The notes under the pieces were generated by a model. That model saw nothing but the letters and a program-made list of their open reading frames with translations, was not told the origin of the DNA and did no database searches. Below are positions 50,855 through 62,708 of a DNA stretch of 64,000 nucleotides, in pieces. This DNA is from the human T2T-CHM13v2.0 reference genome, Homo sapiens. The stretch's first letter is position 1. Every line of letters begins with the position of its first letter. The DNA lies in contig CP086569.2 of NCBI GenBank assembly GCA_009914755.4, positions 8,864,001-8,928,000 of the forward strand. The letters are read 5' to 3'. The position numbers and the translations under genes are program-made.

Positions 50855-51010
50855 CTAGCCAAGCTTGGTGGCTCATGGATGTTATCCCAGCTACTTGGAA
50901 GGCTGATGCAGGAGAATCCATTGAACCTGGTGATGGAGTTTCCAGTAAAGTGAGATCACACCACTGTGCTCTAGCCTGGGCAGCAGAGCGAGACTCTGTC
51001 TCAGAAAGAA
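50855..51010 (+). mobile_element. Alu right-arm fragment
   Basis: Reads ggtggctcatg...cactgtgctctagcctgggcagcagagcgagactctgtctcagaaag. Confidence 0.8.
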
Positions 51011-51064
51011 AAAGAGAATAAAATAATAAAATAGGAGAGATCACTGAAAAGAGAAATGCATAAA

Positions 51065-51390
51065 ACTGGGTGGGCATTGTGGCTCATGCCTGGATCCCAG
51101 CATTTTCAGAGGATGAGGTGGGTGGATCACTAGATGACAGGAGTTCAAGACCAGCCTGAGCAAACATTGTGAAACCTGGTCTCTACCGAAAATACAAAAA
51201 ACATATAGATATATATACACATACATACATACAGGATTGGTGTCATATGATTGCAGTTGCAGCTGCTTAGAAGGGTGTGACTGGACAACTGCTTGAACCC
51301 AGGACAGGGAGGGAGCAGTGAGCTGAGATCACGCCACTGCACTCCAGCCTAGGTGACAGAGCAGGATTCTGTCTTAAAAAAATTAAATGA
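51065..51390 (+). mobile_element. Alu with an internal (ATAC)n-like insertion between its arms (51196-51250)
   Basis: The left arm ctgggtgggcattgtggctcatgcctg...gttcaagaccagcctgagcaaacattgtgaaacc, the middle run atatatacacatacatacatac and a right arm ending ...gccactgcactccagcctaggtgacagagcaggattctgtcttaaaaaaa. Confidence 0.85.
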
Positions 51391-51752
51391 GATAAAAAGA
51401 TATAAAGAAAAAAAGAAAGAAACACAGGAATGAAGAAAGGAAGGGAGGGAGGGAGGGAATGAAAATTTGTATGTAACAGTTGTAGGTATTTTTGGCATAC
51501 ATGTGATATTTTGATACAAGTAATGTGAACTGGTAAGCGAGGGATCAAAGAGGGGATGGGGGTGGGTTAAATTATACTTGCTTAGAAGGAATAATATCTA
51601 GTGTTCAGTGGCACAGGATGACTACACTTAATAATGATTTATTGTACATCTCAAAATAATTAATAGAGCGAAGGTGGAATGTCGCTCGTACCAAGAAAAG
51701 ATATACCAGACTCAGTGAGGTGGAATGTTGCTCATACCAAGAAAAGATATGC

Positions 51753-52050
51753 CAGACTCAGTGGCTCACAGCTATAATCACAACACTTTGGGAAGCCAGG
51801 GAAGGAGGATCATTTCAGCCTGGGAGTTTGAGACCAGCCTGAACAATATATCCAAAGCATTGTCCCTACCACACACACACAAAAGCTGGGCATGGTGGTT
51901 GGTGTGTGTCTGTAATTCCAGCTACTTGGGAGGCTGAAATGGAAGTCTGGCACATTTGAACCCCGTGTCCAAGGCTGCAGTGAGCTACGATGGTGCCACT
52001 GCAGTCTAGGCTGGACAACAGAGTGAGACCTTGTCTCTAAAAAAGAAAAA
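51753..52050 (+). mobile_element. Alu, preceded by a ~40-bp local duplication at 51665-51752
   Basis: Reads gccagactcagtggctcacagctataatcacaacactttgggaagcc...ctgcagtctaggctggacaacagagtgagaccttgtctctaaaaaag. Confidence 0.9.
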
Positions 52051-52127
52051 AGAATTGATAAGTGCTTGAACTGAAGGATACCCTATTTATTATGTATATA
52101 TTTGTTGATTTATATAATTATTTTTGG

Positions 52128-52420
52128 TTTGGAGTCACACTCTGTCACCCAGGCTAGGGTGCATGGTGCAATATCGGCTCACTGCAGCATCAGGCTCCCA
52201 AGTTCAAATGATTCTCCTGCCTGAGCCTCCCAATTAACTGTAACATACTACAGGCAGGCACCACCATGCCTGGCTAATTTTTGTATTTTTGGTAGAGATG
52301 GGGTTTCATGGTGTTGGCCAGCCTGGTCTTCAACTCCTGTCCTAAAGTGATCTGCAAGCCACGGCCTCCCCAAGTGTTAGAATTAAAGACCTGAGCCACC
52401 ACACCTGGACAGTAAGATAC
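52128..52420 (-). mobile_element. Alu, reverse orientation
   Basis: Reads tttttggtttggagtcacactctgtcacccaggctagggtgcatggtgcaat...cctgagccaccacacctggac. Confidence 0.9.
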
Positions 52421-53290
52421 ACAAGACTAGGGAGATTTATCTTTTCACTTCATCCTTACAATGCTACAGGTGAATGAAAACACAACTTCATAACATGAAT
52501 ACCTCACTTGAATATCAAAGTTGGCAACTTCTCCCTTTAAAATTATTCGTACCCTTACCCTATAAAAATTGATGATCTTGTCAAAATTTTTCAAGAAAAT
52601 ACTTCCTCCTTGCAGATTAGTCTGTCAATTGTTAATAACTAAGGACTGTAAAACTTCTGGAACTTGATGTATTTCATTTCTTTAGTTTGCAAAATCAGGA
52701 AAAATAATTGATTTAGTTATTTAGGTCCAAATATTTTTATCATTCCATGATTTCTTAAAACTTTCAGCAATCCCGTCTGAAACTTTATGCTGTTGTTTAT
52801 ATTTTACACACTTCACTTTCCCCAAAGTATGAGGTTTAAAGTGTTTCCATTCATATTAGAAAACTTGAACAGTTTGCAAGGGAGGCATAACGTATGCCTA
52901 ATTTTGTATCTATGTTCAAAGAAACAAAGGAAAATGTACAACAAACTACACAATTTTCTCTCCTATTGAATTTGCTTTAAGCATGTGCGGCTAACCAATA
53001 ACACCAGGCATTTTGAAATACATGTAAAATCTTATTGTGAAAATTTTAAGGTAGATATTACATCTAAACACTTTTCAAATAGCATCAACAAGTATGAAAT
53101 TACTTTGAAAACAATTCCTTTTCCTTTGAATACCTCAGAAAATTCATGGAGGAAGTTAGTATCTACCTCTCTCCACAAAACCAATATGTTTCTTTTAGTA
53201 ATATGCAGGTAATGCAGCAGAAATAACATTTCAATTTTTGATTTGCAAACAAGGTTTGGTATGCAATAACTATTATTTTGAACCCATGCT

Positions 53291-53592
53291 TTAATATCTG
53301 CTTCAGTCTCCTTTTTCAGATCAACTTTCACCACCATCTACTGTAGATGCCACATAACTTGAGCTACCATATGCTTCACGAGGAGCAGGGAGCACCCTAC
53401 CCAGAGAAGGCAGATTCCTTTGGTCTTTTCTGCAAACCTACTCATGATCACAATAATGAAAATCACCACAGCTCCTGGAGTAACTCTCCCAACTTCTGCC
53501 ATATCTATCTCGAGTATTATTATAATCATGGCATGTGCTTCCGCCATAAGACATCTGAGGCCCTCGTGCAGGTGGTGCACCATGAGAGGTCC
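53291..53592 (-). pseudogene. RBMY-like terminal exon with a premature TAG at 53438-53440 (...[12 protein letters not shown]...) and two more stops before the ancestral TAA at 53291-53293
   Basis: Acceptor catgcag|GGACCTCTCATGG. Homology to RBMY1 ([53 protein letters not shown]) continues through the stops. Confidence 0.8.
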
Positions 53593-54002
53593 CTGCATGG
53601 TTGACAAAATAATATGTTGGACTACCTTTGAACATTTTTACTGCTATCATTAAAGCATGAATTAGTTAAAGTACTATTTGGAAATATCTGCTTTCTTCTG
53701 CCTTTGTTGACAGGACATTAATCAAGTCTTCAACAGTCAGAAGGTTTCATTTAAAAGAAGTATAAGAGTAGTATTCTGAAGCTTAACAAACTTAATTCTA
53801 AAGTAAATGTGGAGTCACATTTTCTTAACGTGAACTGAAGTTCTCGCCTTCATAACATTCCCTATCTTTATACTGTTAAGAATACTCAATATTTAAACAT
53901 GTTGCATATGTCCTTTATAATTTTCCTTAGAATTTCCTTAAAATAACAATCTGGTCTATTACATAAAATTCTGTAATTTACAAATCCATCCTGGACCCTT
54001 AC

Positions 54003-54091
54003 CGTATCTCTGAAATGCATCTCTATAAGAACTTCCACTTAGATGTTCAGAATGATCTCTACCACGGGCCTCACCGTAGCCATCATGGTAA
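54003..54091 (-). pseudogene. RBMY-like exon ([31 protein letters not shown])
   Basis: Acceptor aatttag|TTACCATGATGG, donor GATACG|gtaagg. Confidence 0.8.
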
Positions 54092-54176
54092 CTAAATTGA
54101 AAAAAAAAAACATTTTTAATGTTAGAATGAACAATTTAAGAAATCTATTTGGTAAATCCAGATAACATGATAGTAC

Positions 54177-54287
54177 CTATATCCTCTAGAGGAATGTTCA
54201 TCCCAACTAGGATGACCATAATCACGGTATGCATAGTCTCTAGGTGGTGGAGCATAATCCCTGGTTTCTCGGGAACTTTGATGATTT
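54177..54287 (-). pseudogene. SRGY-box exon 4 (111 nt): [37 protein letters not shown], matching the last SRGY box of RBMY1 (…[25 protein letters not shown])
   Basis: Acceptor tgcacacag|AAATCATCAAAG, donor GGATATAG|gtact. Confidence 0.85.
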
Positions 54288-54785
54288 CTGTGTGCACAAG
54301 TTTAAGCAACAAATTTTAAATTTTCAACTTCCAGTATCCAAAACATAACTAAATTACAACTTAAACACAATTAAATTGCCAAACATCTAAAAAAATGCCC
54401 AAAGAGTCCAAATGCCCAAAATGCCCAAATGCCCAAAAAGCACATGAAACAGATACTCATAATGAATGATTCAGAAAATGCATTTCAAATCCAACAGGAG
54501 CTTCCATACTTCACACACACACATTGGAAGGGCAATAAATTTTTTTTATTATACTTGAAGTTCTAGGGTACATGTGCATGATGAGTTAATGGGTACATAA
54601 AATGCATTTCAAATCCAAAATGAGATATCATATTTCACACACACACTGGAAGGGCAATAAATTTTAAGAAGCAGGAAATAACAAGTGTTTGAGAGGATGC
54701 AGATAAATTGGAGCCCTGATACAATGTTAGTTGGCATGAACAACTTAAGCAATCTGTTTGACAAATCCAGAAAAAGTTACAGTAC

Positions 54786-54896
54786 CTATATCCTCTAGTG
54801 GAATGTTCATGCGGACTAGAATGACCATAATCACAGTATGCATAGTCTCCAGATAATGGAGCATAATCCCTAGTTTCTCGGGAACTTGGATGATTT
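54786..54896 (-). pseudogene. SRGY-box exon 3 (111 nt): [37 protein letters not shown]; splice sites intact
   Basis: Acceptor tgtacacag|AAATCATCC, donor GGATATAG|gtact. Confidence 0.8.
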
Positions 54897-55332
54897 CTGT
54901 GTACATAAGTTTAAGCAACAAATTTTAAATTTTCAACTTCTAGTAACCAATATACGACTAACTTACAACTTAAACAAAATGAAAAGTCCAAACATCTAAA
55001 TAGATATTTCTCCAAATAAAATAGGCAAATGGCCAAAAAGCACATGGGACAGATACTCAAATTCAGTGATTCAGAAAATGCATTTCTTTTTTCTATTATA
55101 CTTGAAGTTCTAGGGCACATGTGCATGATGAGTTAATGGGTGCAGAAAATGCATTTCAAATCCAAACTGAGATATCATATTTCACACACACACTGGAATG
55201 GCAATAAATTTTAAAAGGGAGGAAATAACAAGTGTTTGAGAGGATGTAGATAAACTGGAGCCCTGATACAATGTTAGTTGGAATGAACAATTTAAGAAAT
55301 CTATTTGACAAATCCAGAAAAAGTTACAGTAT

Positions 55333-55443
55333 CTATATACTCTAGAGGAATGTTCATCCTGACTAGAATGACCATAATCACGGTATGCATAGCCTCTAGA
55401 TGGTGGAGCATAATCCCTAGTTTCTCGGGAACTTGGATGATTT
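55333..55443 (-). pseudogene. SRGY-box exon 2 (111 nt): [37 protein letters not shown]; the reading frame is open, but the acceptor AG has become AA and the donor GT has become AT
   Basis: The RC context is gcacacaa|AAAATCATCC (the other copies have acag|), and GTATATAG|atactg (the other copies have gtact). Confidence 0.75.
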
Positions 55444-55870
55444 TTGTGTGCATAAGTTTAGGCAACAAATTTTAAATTTTCACCTTCTACTATCCAATAT
55501 ATGACTAACTTACAACTTAAAATTAAAAGGCCAAACATCTAAATAGCTATTTCTCCAAATAAAATAGGCAAATGGCCAAAAAGCACATGGGACAGATACT
55601 CATATTCAATGATTCAGAAAATCCATTTCTTTTTTTTATTATACTTTAAGTTCTAGGGTACACATGCATGATGAGTTAATGGGTACAGAAAATGCATTTC
55701 AAATCCAAAATGAGATATCATATTTCACACACACTGGAAAGGCAATAAATTTTCAAAAGCAGGAAATAACAAGTGTTTGAGAGGATGTAGATAAATTGGA
55801 GCCCTGATACGTTAGTTGGAATGAACAATTTAAGAAATCTATTTGACAAATCCAGAAACAGTTACAGTAC

Positions 55871-55981
55871 CTATATCCTCTAGAATAATGTTCATGCCGA
55901 CGAGAATGACCATAATCACGGTATGCGTAGCCTCTAGATGGTGGAGCATAATCCCTAGTTTCTCGGGAACTTCGATCATTT
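55871..55981 (-). pseudogene. SRGY-box exon 1 (111 nt): [36 protein letters not shown]; splice sites intact
   Basis: Acceptor gcatacag|AAATGATCG, donor GGATATAG|gtactg. Confidence 0.85.
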
Positions 55982-56289
55982 CTGTATGCATAAGTTTAAG
56001 CAACAAATTTTAAATTTTCAACTTCTAGTATCCAATATATGACTAACTTACAACTTAAACAAAATTAAAAGGCCAAACATCTAAACAGATATTTCTCCAA
56101 ATAAAATCGGCAAATACCCAAAAAGCACATGGGACAGATACTCATATTCAGTGATTCAAAAAATGCATTTCTTTTTGTTTTATTATACTTTAAGTTCCAG
56201 GATACATGTGCATGATGAGTTAATGGGTGCAGAAAATGCATTTCAAATCCAAAATGAGATATCATATTTCACACACACAGTTGAATGGC

Positions 56290-56700
56290 AATAAATTTCA
56301 AAAAGCAGGAAATAACAAGTGTTCTAGAGGATGTAGATAAACTGGAATGCTGATACAATGCTAGTTGGAACGGAAAATGATGCAGCTACTATGGAGAAAT
56401 GTGGTGGTTCCTCAAGAAAACAAACATAATTATCATAGGACCATGCAATTCCACTCATATACACCCAGAACCGAATAAGCATACTCAAACAAATATTGGT
56501 GCGTAGAAATACTCGGGTGGAAACAACCCAGATAAAATAATGGGTTAATAGCTTCTGGAGGGAGTGAAGTGCTATGATGTAAATGAACCTTCAGGACATC
56601 ATGCAAAAGGAGAGGAGACAAATACAAAAAGTCATGTAGTGTTTGAGCACATTAACATTAAATACCCACAACAGGTAAGTTCAGAGGCAGAACACTGACT
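56290..56700 (+). mobile_element. L1 fragment (ORF2 3' region), forward orientation, within the RBMY-like intron
   Basis: Reads aaataacaagtgttctagaggatgtagataaactgg...gaaatgtggtggttcctcaagaaaacaaacataattatcataggaccatgcaattccactcatatacacccag, similar to the L1 sequence GAAATAACAAATGCTGGAGAGGATGTGGAGAAATAGG...TACCCAAAGG. Confidence 0.75.
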
Positions 56701-56936
56701 GGTGTTTGCTAGCAGCTGAGGAAAGGGAGAAAATGGAAGGGACTGCTTAACTGGTAGTTGGAGTTTTAATTTGGAGTGGTGAAAACGTTTTGGAACTCGA
56801 TGGAGGTAGTTGTTGTATGGCACAGAATGTATTAAACACCACTTAACTGTTCACCTTATAATATTTAATTTTGTTATGTGAATTTCATCACCACAACAAA
56901 AAAAAAATCAACTGTGTTTTTTAATTTTTCCTTTAC

Positions 56937-57051
56937 CCATCCTTTGTTGCATAACCATCATCTCTTGGTGATATATGATCATTTCTCCAGGAAGAGATTG
57001 TCACTCTGCATGGAGGAACTCCATATCTCTCTCTTCTTTGTGACATAGGAC
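56937..57051 (-). pseudogene. RBMY-like exon ([39 protein letters not shown]), open
   Basis: Acceptor ttaaag|GTCCTATG, donor GATGG|gtaaag. Confidence 0.8.
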
Positions 57052-58354
57052 CTTTAACATTAAAATGATGGAACATTATGTAGAGAACACCAAATCTGAA
57101 ACGCTATTTTCTCTTCTCTCAAACTACTTTTTAAAATTATTTTTTCTATGACTCCATTCTTTGTTTCCTAAATTACTAGACACTCATGACACTGTGAATA
57201 CTTCTTATGGCTTTGGAGAATCCCATGGCTCCCACAAGGCCAGTTCTTCTAATGAAGCTGAAGGCAAACATTAATTCTTAGGTAAAAGTTCATTTGTAAT
57301 GGTTAATATCTACTTAGTTATTATTTTCTTTTTCATATAAATTACTGATGACTGTGAGTGACACAGGGAAAACATGTAAAACCATCAAACTCTTCACTGA
57401 TTTTAAAGTTTACATACATTGTCCTTTCTCAGCCAAAGATGGTGAATTTTCCAATATCATTCAGTCCATCTCACACACATATAAATACAGCTACCTTTAA
57501 ATGACTATATGCTAAATGTTTACATAAAAGTTCTTTATCTCTAACTGGTTGGCTCTATCTTAAATGTTGACAAATTAAAATGTATTAGTGAAGATTTTCT
57601 AATGATGGTCAAGATTTGCTTTTACTGCAAAGAAAGCAATGCTATGCAAGGGGTCATTACAACATTGTTGCTATTTCAAAATAGAAAGTTTCTCCTTCAA
57701 TATATTCTTCACTTGCTATTCCTTAGAGGTCAGTGTTTCACATATGATACGTTCACTGGCTAATTTTCCAATGGAAATGTGTTGGCTTGGGTATCCTGAA
57801 GCCAATAAATACCTCTCTTCACCGATACTCTACGTATGAAATGTAAAATTGAAAACAGCAGTTTTTAACTTCCTCCATATTCGGATGGAGGACTAAGAAA
57901 GAATTTTAATTTGCTCTGCTTAAACTTCCTTCCTAAGAACTTTTATTTATTGTCTTATTTTCTTCTGTTCAGTCTGCAGTCTTACAATTCTTTCTCAAGA
58001 GTATTACTTGCATTCAATCCTACTGCTCACCTCATGTTGCTTAGTTCTAAATTCTCTCCTCAAATAATTTCAAATCTTACACTAAGGATCTTGTGTTAAT
58101 GTTTAAACATCCCGGTACAATCTCAATTACTGATTTACATACACCTATATTTCACAACTCTGCATTTCTGTGATACCCACTTAATTTAAGCATTTTGGAC
58201 TCCTACGTGTCTACCTTTCAAGGCTTAAATTTATTTTTAAATCATATTTAAGCCCAATGACTCCTTGTCTGCTAAATGCTCTTGTAGTTCTTTTGAATCT
58301 TCATGCAAGCAGTGAGTATGCCTTGCACATACGCATTACTGAGGACTCAGAAGT

Positions 58355-58580
58355 TGGATGGCCAGGCTTAGCGGCTCACACTGTGAGTGAGTGTGGAAGG
58401 CTGAGGCAGGTGGACCGCTTGAGCCCCGGGCTTTAACATCAGTTTTGACAATGCAGTCAGATCCTCTCTCTACAAAAACATAGGAAAAAAATGTACCTAG
58501 GTGTGGTGCTGCATGCCTGTAGTTGCAGAAACTCGGGAGGCTGAAACAGCAGAATTGCTTGAGCCCAGGAATTTGAGGCT
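58355..58580 (+). mobile_element. Old Alu/FLAM-like element
   Basis: Reads ggccaggcttagcggctcacactgtgagtg...gctgaggcaggtggaccgcttgagccccgggc...gtggtgctgcatgcctgtagttgcagaaactcgggaggctgaaacagcagaattgcttgagcccaggaatttgaggct. Confidence 0.7.
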
Positions 58581-58668
58581 ATAGTAAGCCGTCATCTCAC
58601 AAATTTGAGGCTATAGTAAGCCGTCATCTCACAAATTTGAGGCTATAGTAAGCCGTCATCTCACATAG
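58573..58668. repeat. 32-bp tandem repeat x3 (tcacaaatttgaggctatagtaagccgtcatc)
   Basis: Direct triplication visible in the sequence. Confidence 0.9.
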
Positions 58669-59099
58669 TGCACTCTCACCTAGTAAGAGCAAGACTCCAA
58701 CCCAGCAAAGTCACTGAACAAGCAATTTTTAGAATGGGACACCAGGGGACCTAGGAAATGGAAGAATTAATTAGATCAAGAAGCCTACCATCAAAGAATA
58801 CTGCTAGGAACTTTTAGAAAAATTAAGGGGAATTTTCTAGCAAACACAGGATTAAAAGGAATGTTGGCCTCACTCTAATCACTTCTTTGATCTGCAATGA
58901 GAAGCTCAAGTATTTCTTCAATATAAATCTGAAATGTACCTAGTGAGATAGAAACTATAATAAAAACTATCAATCAGTAATTATGCTCACGTATGTGTCA
59001 CTTCTCTTTTGTTCAATGAACTTAAAGCTAACCATTCAGGGAAAATAGCTCATTTTTAGTCATACAAAAACTACGGTCTTTCTGTCAGGTAGCATTTAC

Positions 59100-59252
59100 C
59101 TTGGCTTCCCATCCAACTATTGCTTCTTGCCACAGCAGAAGGAGCAGATTTTTTAGGAGGAGGACCTCCACTTCTTGAAGATGGACGTCTTTTAACTGGA
59201 ATGAGTCCCCTAGAATAACTCATCTTGAGATCAGGAGTGTATCCACCATCAT
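59100..59252 (-). pseudogene. RBMY-like exon ([51 protein letters not shown]), open
   Basis: Acceptor atacag|ATGATGGTGGATAC, donor GCCAAG|gtaaat. About 95% amino-acid identity to RBMY1. Confidence 0.85.
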
Positions 59253-60104
59253 CTGTATTTCAAACAAAATCCTTTTAGTTAACTAACATCACTGTTTCTT
59301 AAATGGCTAAGTTTTAGTTGTTTACAAATATTTTCTACATTTTATAACTAATTCACATTTTGTCTAAACTAATAAAATTAGCATTCCTACATGGTATTAG
59401 TACACTTCAAGCAATAAAAGTTCATTTAGAAAATCTAGAAAGAAACTCAAGTATCATAATATATTGGTATGAGAGAGAGATGTGGGAAAATGGGGAGTGA
59501 ACGGGGGCACAAATCTATCACTGAAATATCTAAATATAATATGCATAAAAATATTAAAAGAAAAGTGATAAATGACTGCTTATATCATTCTGTAATGAGG
59601 AAAAATTTTCAAAGCACATCATAAACTAATTTCCATTCAAAGAAACTCAAATATTTCCAATACCAAGAAGTGACATATCAGGAAAATACATTGTCTCTAA
59701 AATTTGTTAACACAATATAGAATTCTTAAAATTCCCTTATGAGACACTGACTTTCAGATTAGACTATGCTGAATTTTAACAGTCTTTAGGAACTGCATAT
59801 TCGGTAATATAAAAATATTTTTATACATCTACAAAAATGTAGATATATGCCAACTGCCAGGTGGTGTTACGGGTTAGAATTTATATATACATTCTCGTCC
59901 GTGGCAGAGTATAATTGAACCTCACCCTCAAGATCAGTGGAGACAAAATAGCCACGAAGCTATGCATCTTAAAATGGAGCAAACACTGCAATTTCAACTT
60001 GAAAAAAATCTCCAATAAACTACATGTCTGGTTATTAAAACTCCAAGTTAATTGTTAGAGTTTTGAAGGTTGGTTAATAGATAATACAAGTTAACCAACA
60101 GGTT

Positions 60105-60412
60105 TATTTATTTATTTATTCAGATGGACTGTTGCCCTATCACGCAGGCTGGAGTGCCATGGCATAACCTTGGCTCACTGCAGCTTGTGCCTCCCAGGTT
60201 CCTGTGATTCTCCTGCCTCAGCCTCCTGAGTAGCTGGTATTACAGGTGCATGCCACCACGCCCAGGCAAATTTTTTTGTATCTTTAGGAGAGACAGGGTT
60301 TCACCATGTTGGCCAGGCTGGTCTGGAACTCCTGACCTCGTGGTCCACCTGCCCTGTACTCCCCAGGTGCTGAGGTGACAGGCGTGAGCCACCTCGCACA
60401 GCCCATCCAATA
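60105..60412 (-). mobile_element. Alu, reverse orientation (RBMY-like intron)
   Basis: Reads gatggactgttgccctatcacgcaggctggagtgccatggcataacc...gacaggcgtgagccacctcgcacagccc. Confidence 0.9.
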
Positions 60413-61154
60413 GTCTTTTTTCTTTTTTTTTAAATATATGGTTTGTTTTTCTTTTATATGTAAACATAGACCCCTCATTTCTATTAAGTAAATCACTCAT
60501 AAATATCATTTTCAGTGACTCAGCCTCCAGCAAAGAAAGATACATACATATCTGTGAAGCAGTGGTTTTTAGACATTTCCAGTCACAGACTCTTTTCAGA
60601 AATTAAAGTTCTACATTTCTTAAATTGAAAATGCTTTATGGCAGGCCAATGTACAAACTCTCTGTATCAAAATTACAAAGCAATACCTTTGCATAGATGT
60701 TCGCACATGTATACACAAGAAAACAAATACTGCAAAATCAGTCTTAAGTATTGAGTTACTTTTTCCTGTTGGAAAATTTTAAATATGACATCATACTTTG
60801 ATAATACAACTGACACGAAGTTCTGGGCCCTAAAGCAGAAAACTCTAAAGTATAATGAATATAAATGAGTTCTGCAGAAAACCGGTTGAGTACAGGTAAT
60901 CAGCATTCATAAACACAACTCAGTTTGAAATGTGTGTTACTTCAGTGCAAACTTATTGTAATTTTAAAACAAATTTATGTATTAATTCAATCATTCTTAT
61001 AATACACCTTTAGTACTTAGAAATAATTTTGCTTATTATCAATAAGCTAATTTTCTCTTCATACAGGAAATAAAAAAATTGAGAAATTTCGATATCTTCA
61101 AACTTATTTTCTTTCAGTCCTATGGTTCCATCTTTATATTTTAAAACATTACCC

Positions 61155-61328
61155 AGGTGTCCTTCATGTGAGGGAAGCCACCCTCCTGTTCCTCCACTGC
61201 TTCCTCTTGCAGATCTCAGACTTCCTGAAGGGCTTCTGTTTCTCAAAGAAGCTGGTGGTCTTCACCTACCACCACTTTGAAAAGATGGTTTCTTGGCTTG
61301 TTCTACTTTTATTGCTTTTCCATCCAAA
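61155..61328 (-). pseudogene. RBMY-like exon (end of the RRM linker plus the RGG/serine-rich start) with an in-frame TGA where RBMY1 has CGA (Arg); the stop is at 61263-61265
   Basis: Acceptor ttctag|TCTTTGGATGG, donor CACCTGG|gtaatg. The RC reads caa agt ggt ggt agg TGA aga cca cca gct tct ttg aga aac aga agc. Both CpG sites have decayed (CGA->TGA, TCG->TTG). Confidence 0.8.
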
Positions 61329-62404
61329 GACTAGAAGTATTAAGGGTACTATCAATAACAATGGCACATTTAACGTAAGCGCATTTTACAAACATTTTTA
61401 CATCAACCATAGTTCAATTCGAGGTATTTTCTCCCAAAAGGAAACTTTTTTTTCTCCTAAAATGAACACATCTTTCACAATGCCAAATTTGAGATAGTTA
61501 CTGAGCACATGCCTTCCATTAAGGGACCAAACACAAATTCTATTATTCAAATTCCTTGAAAACTCCTCCATTATTAAAAAAAAAAAACTCAAACATAAAA
61601 AAAAAGATTGACCCATCACACATTCTATGGAAGAATGTGGAACATCTGTTTTTTACAATATATAATCCACTTCATCTTTGTATTCACATCACTGATTTGA
61701 AAGTTGCAGTGTCCCAACGAAACTTGTGTCATTTTAAAAAGTGAGCTTACTTTTTCAGAGTGATTAGTCACATTAGTCACTATGAGCTGTTTCTTGTTGG
61801 ATTTGCTAACACTTACATAAAATGTCCCCATATGATTTACAATTCTATATTGACTCTAAAAATGTTTCTGTAAATGTGATCCTTGTTTGATCTCATTAAG
61901 TTTTCTTGCCTTACTCATTTCTTATATTGCCTTACACGTGCCCCTAAAAAACGAATCTTAATATAGTACTTCAGGTAGTTTCTCAGAAATGCTTAAATAT
62001 CCTAATTAATTTCATAATAACATTTTTCACTGTAATCTTCTCTACAGGCCATAGCAATTTTTGAAAACAGTTCAGCTAATAATGTGATTTACAAATTACA
62101 TGGCTTTTGTTATTTGGAGGAAGGACTTAAATCCCTGACAAGACCCCTTGCAGCCACATCGCCAGTTGTTCCTACCTTGACACTTCTTTTGTTATTTCTG
62201 GGATCAAAATATTTTCCCCAGATTTGCCCATGGCTGCTTCCTTCCCAGTGTTCTGAAGTCAGCTAAAATTCCTTAACTGTTAATTCCCCCTGAAAACTCG
62301 AAGAACTTCCTTTATTGGCCATCTTAACATTAATGTGCATACAATATTCATATTTATTTTAACACACTAAAATATGTGAGATGAACTAACTTAGAAATAA
62401 TGTT

Positions 62405-62708
<304 letters not shown>

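Larger units (their letters stand above)
54100..56380 (-). repeat. Tandem ~545-600-bp intragenic repeat (4 copies), each carrying one SRGY exon plus an L1 3'-end-derived segment (ttattatacttgaagttctagggtacatgtgcatgatgagttaatgggt...)
   Basis: Near-identical blocks start at ~54140, 54740, 55290 and 55830. The L1 motif recurs at 54540-54600, 55095-55150, 55635-55690 and 56180-56235. Confidence 0.85.
53291..61328 (-). pseudogene. RBMY: RBMY-like gene, exon 4 onward (RNA-binding motif protein, Y-linked family; four SRGY boxes), inactivated by nonsense and splice-site mutations. The RRM-encoding 5' exons were not found in the window and are probably beyond 64000.
   Basis: Spliced minus-strand exons reconstruct to: [58 protein letters not shown] / [51 protein letters not shown] / [39 protein letters not shown] / 4 x ([27 protein letters not shown]...SRGY) / [31 protein letters not shown] / [96 protein letters not shown]. 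Apart from the stops this is near-colinear with human RBMY1. Confidence 0.85.

Noticed and set aside
53032-53337. 101-aa minus-strand ORF immediately downstream of the RBMY-like terminal exon
   Set aside because: It lies in what is 3'UTR in RBMY1 and starts after the ancestral stop. It has no similarity to anything I recognise, so it is a chance ORF.
61247-61266. Initially read gtgaag after ...GGTGGTAG as a splice donor separating two RBMY exons
   Set aside because: The supposed intron would be only 14 nt. The sequence is one continuous exon in which CGA has mutated to TGA, giving an in-frame stop rather than a splice site.
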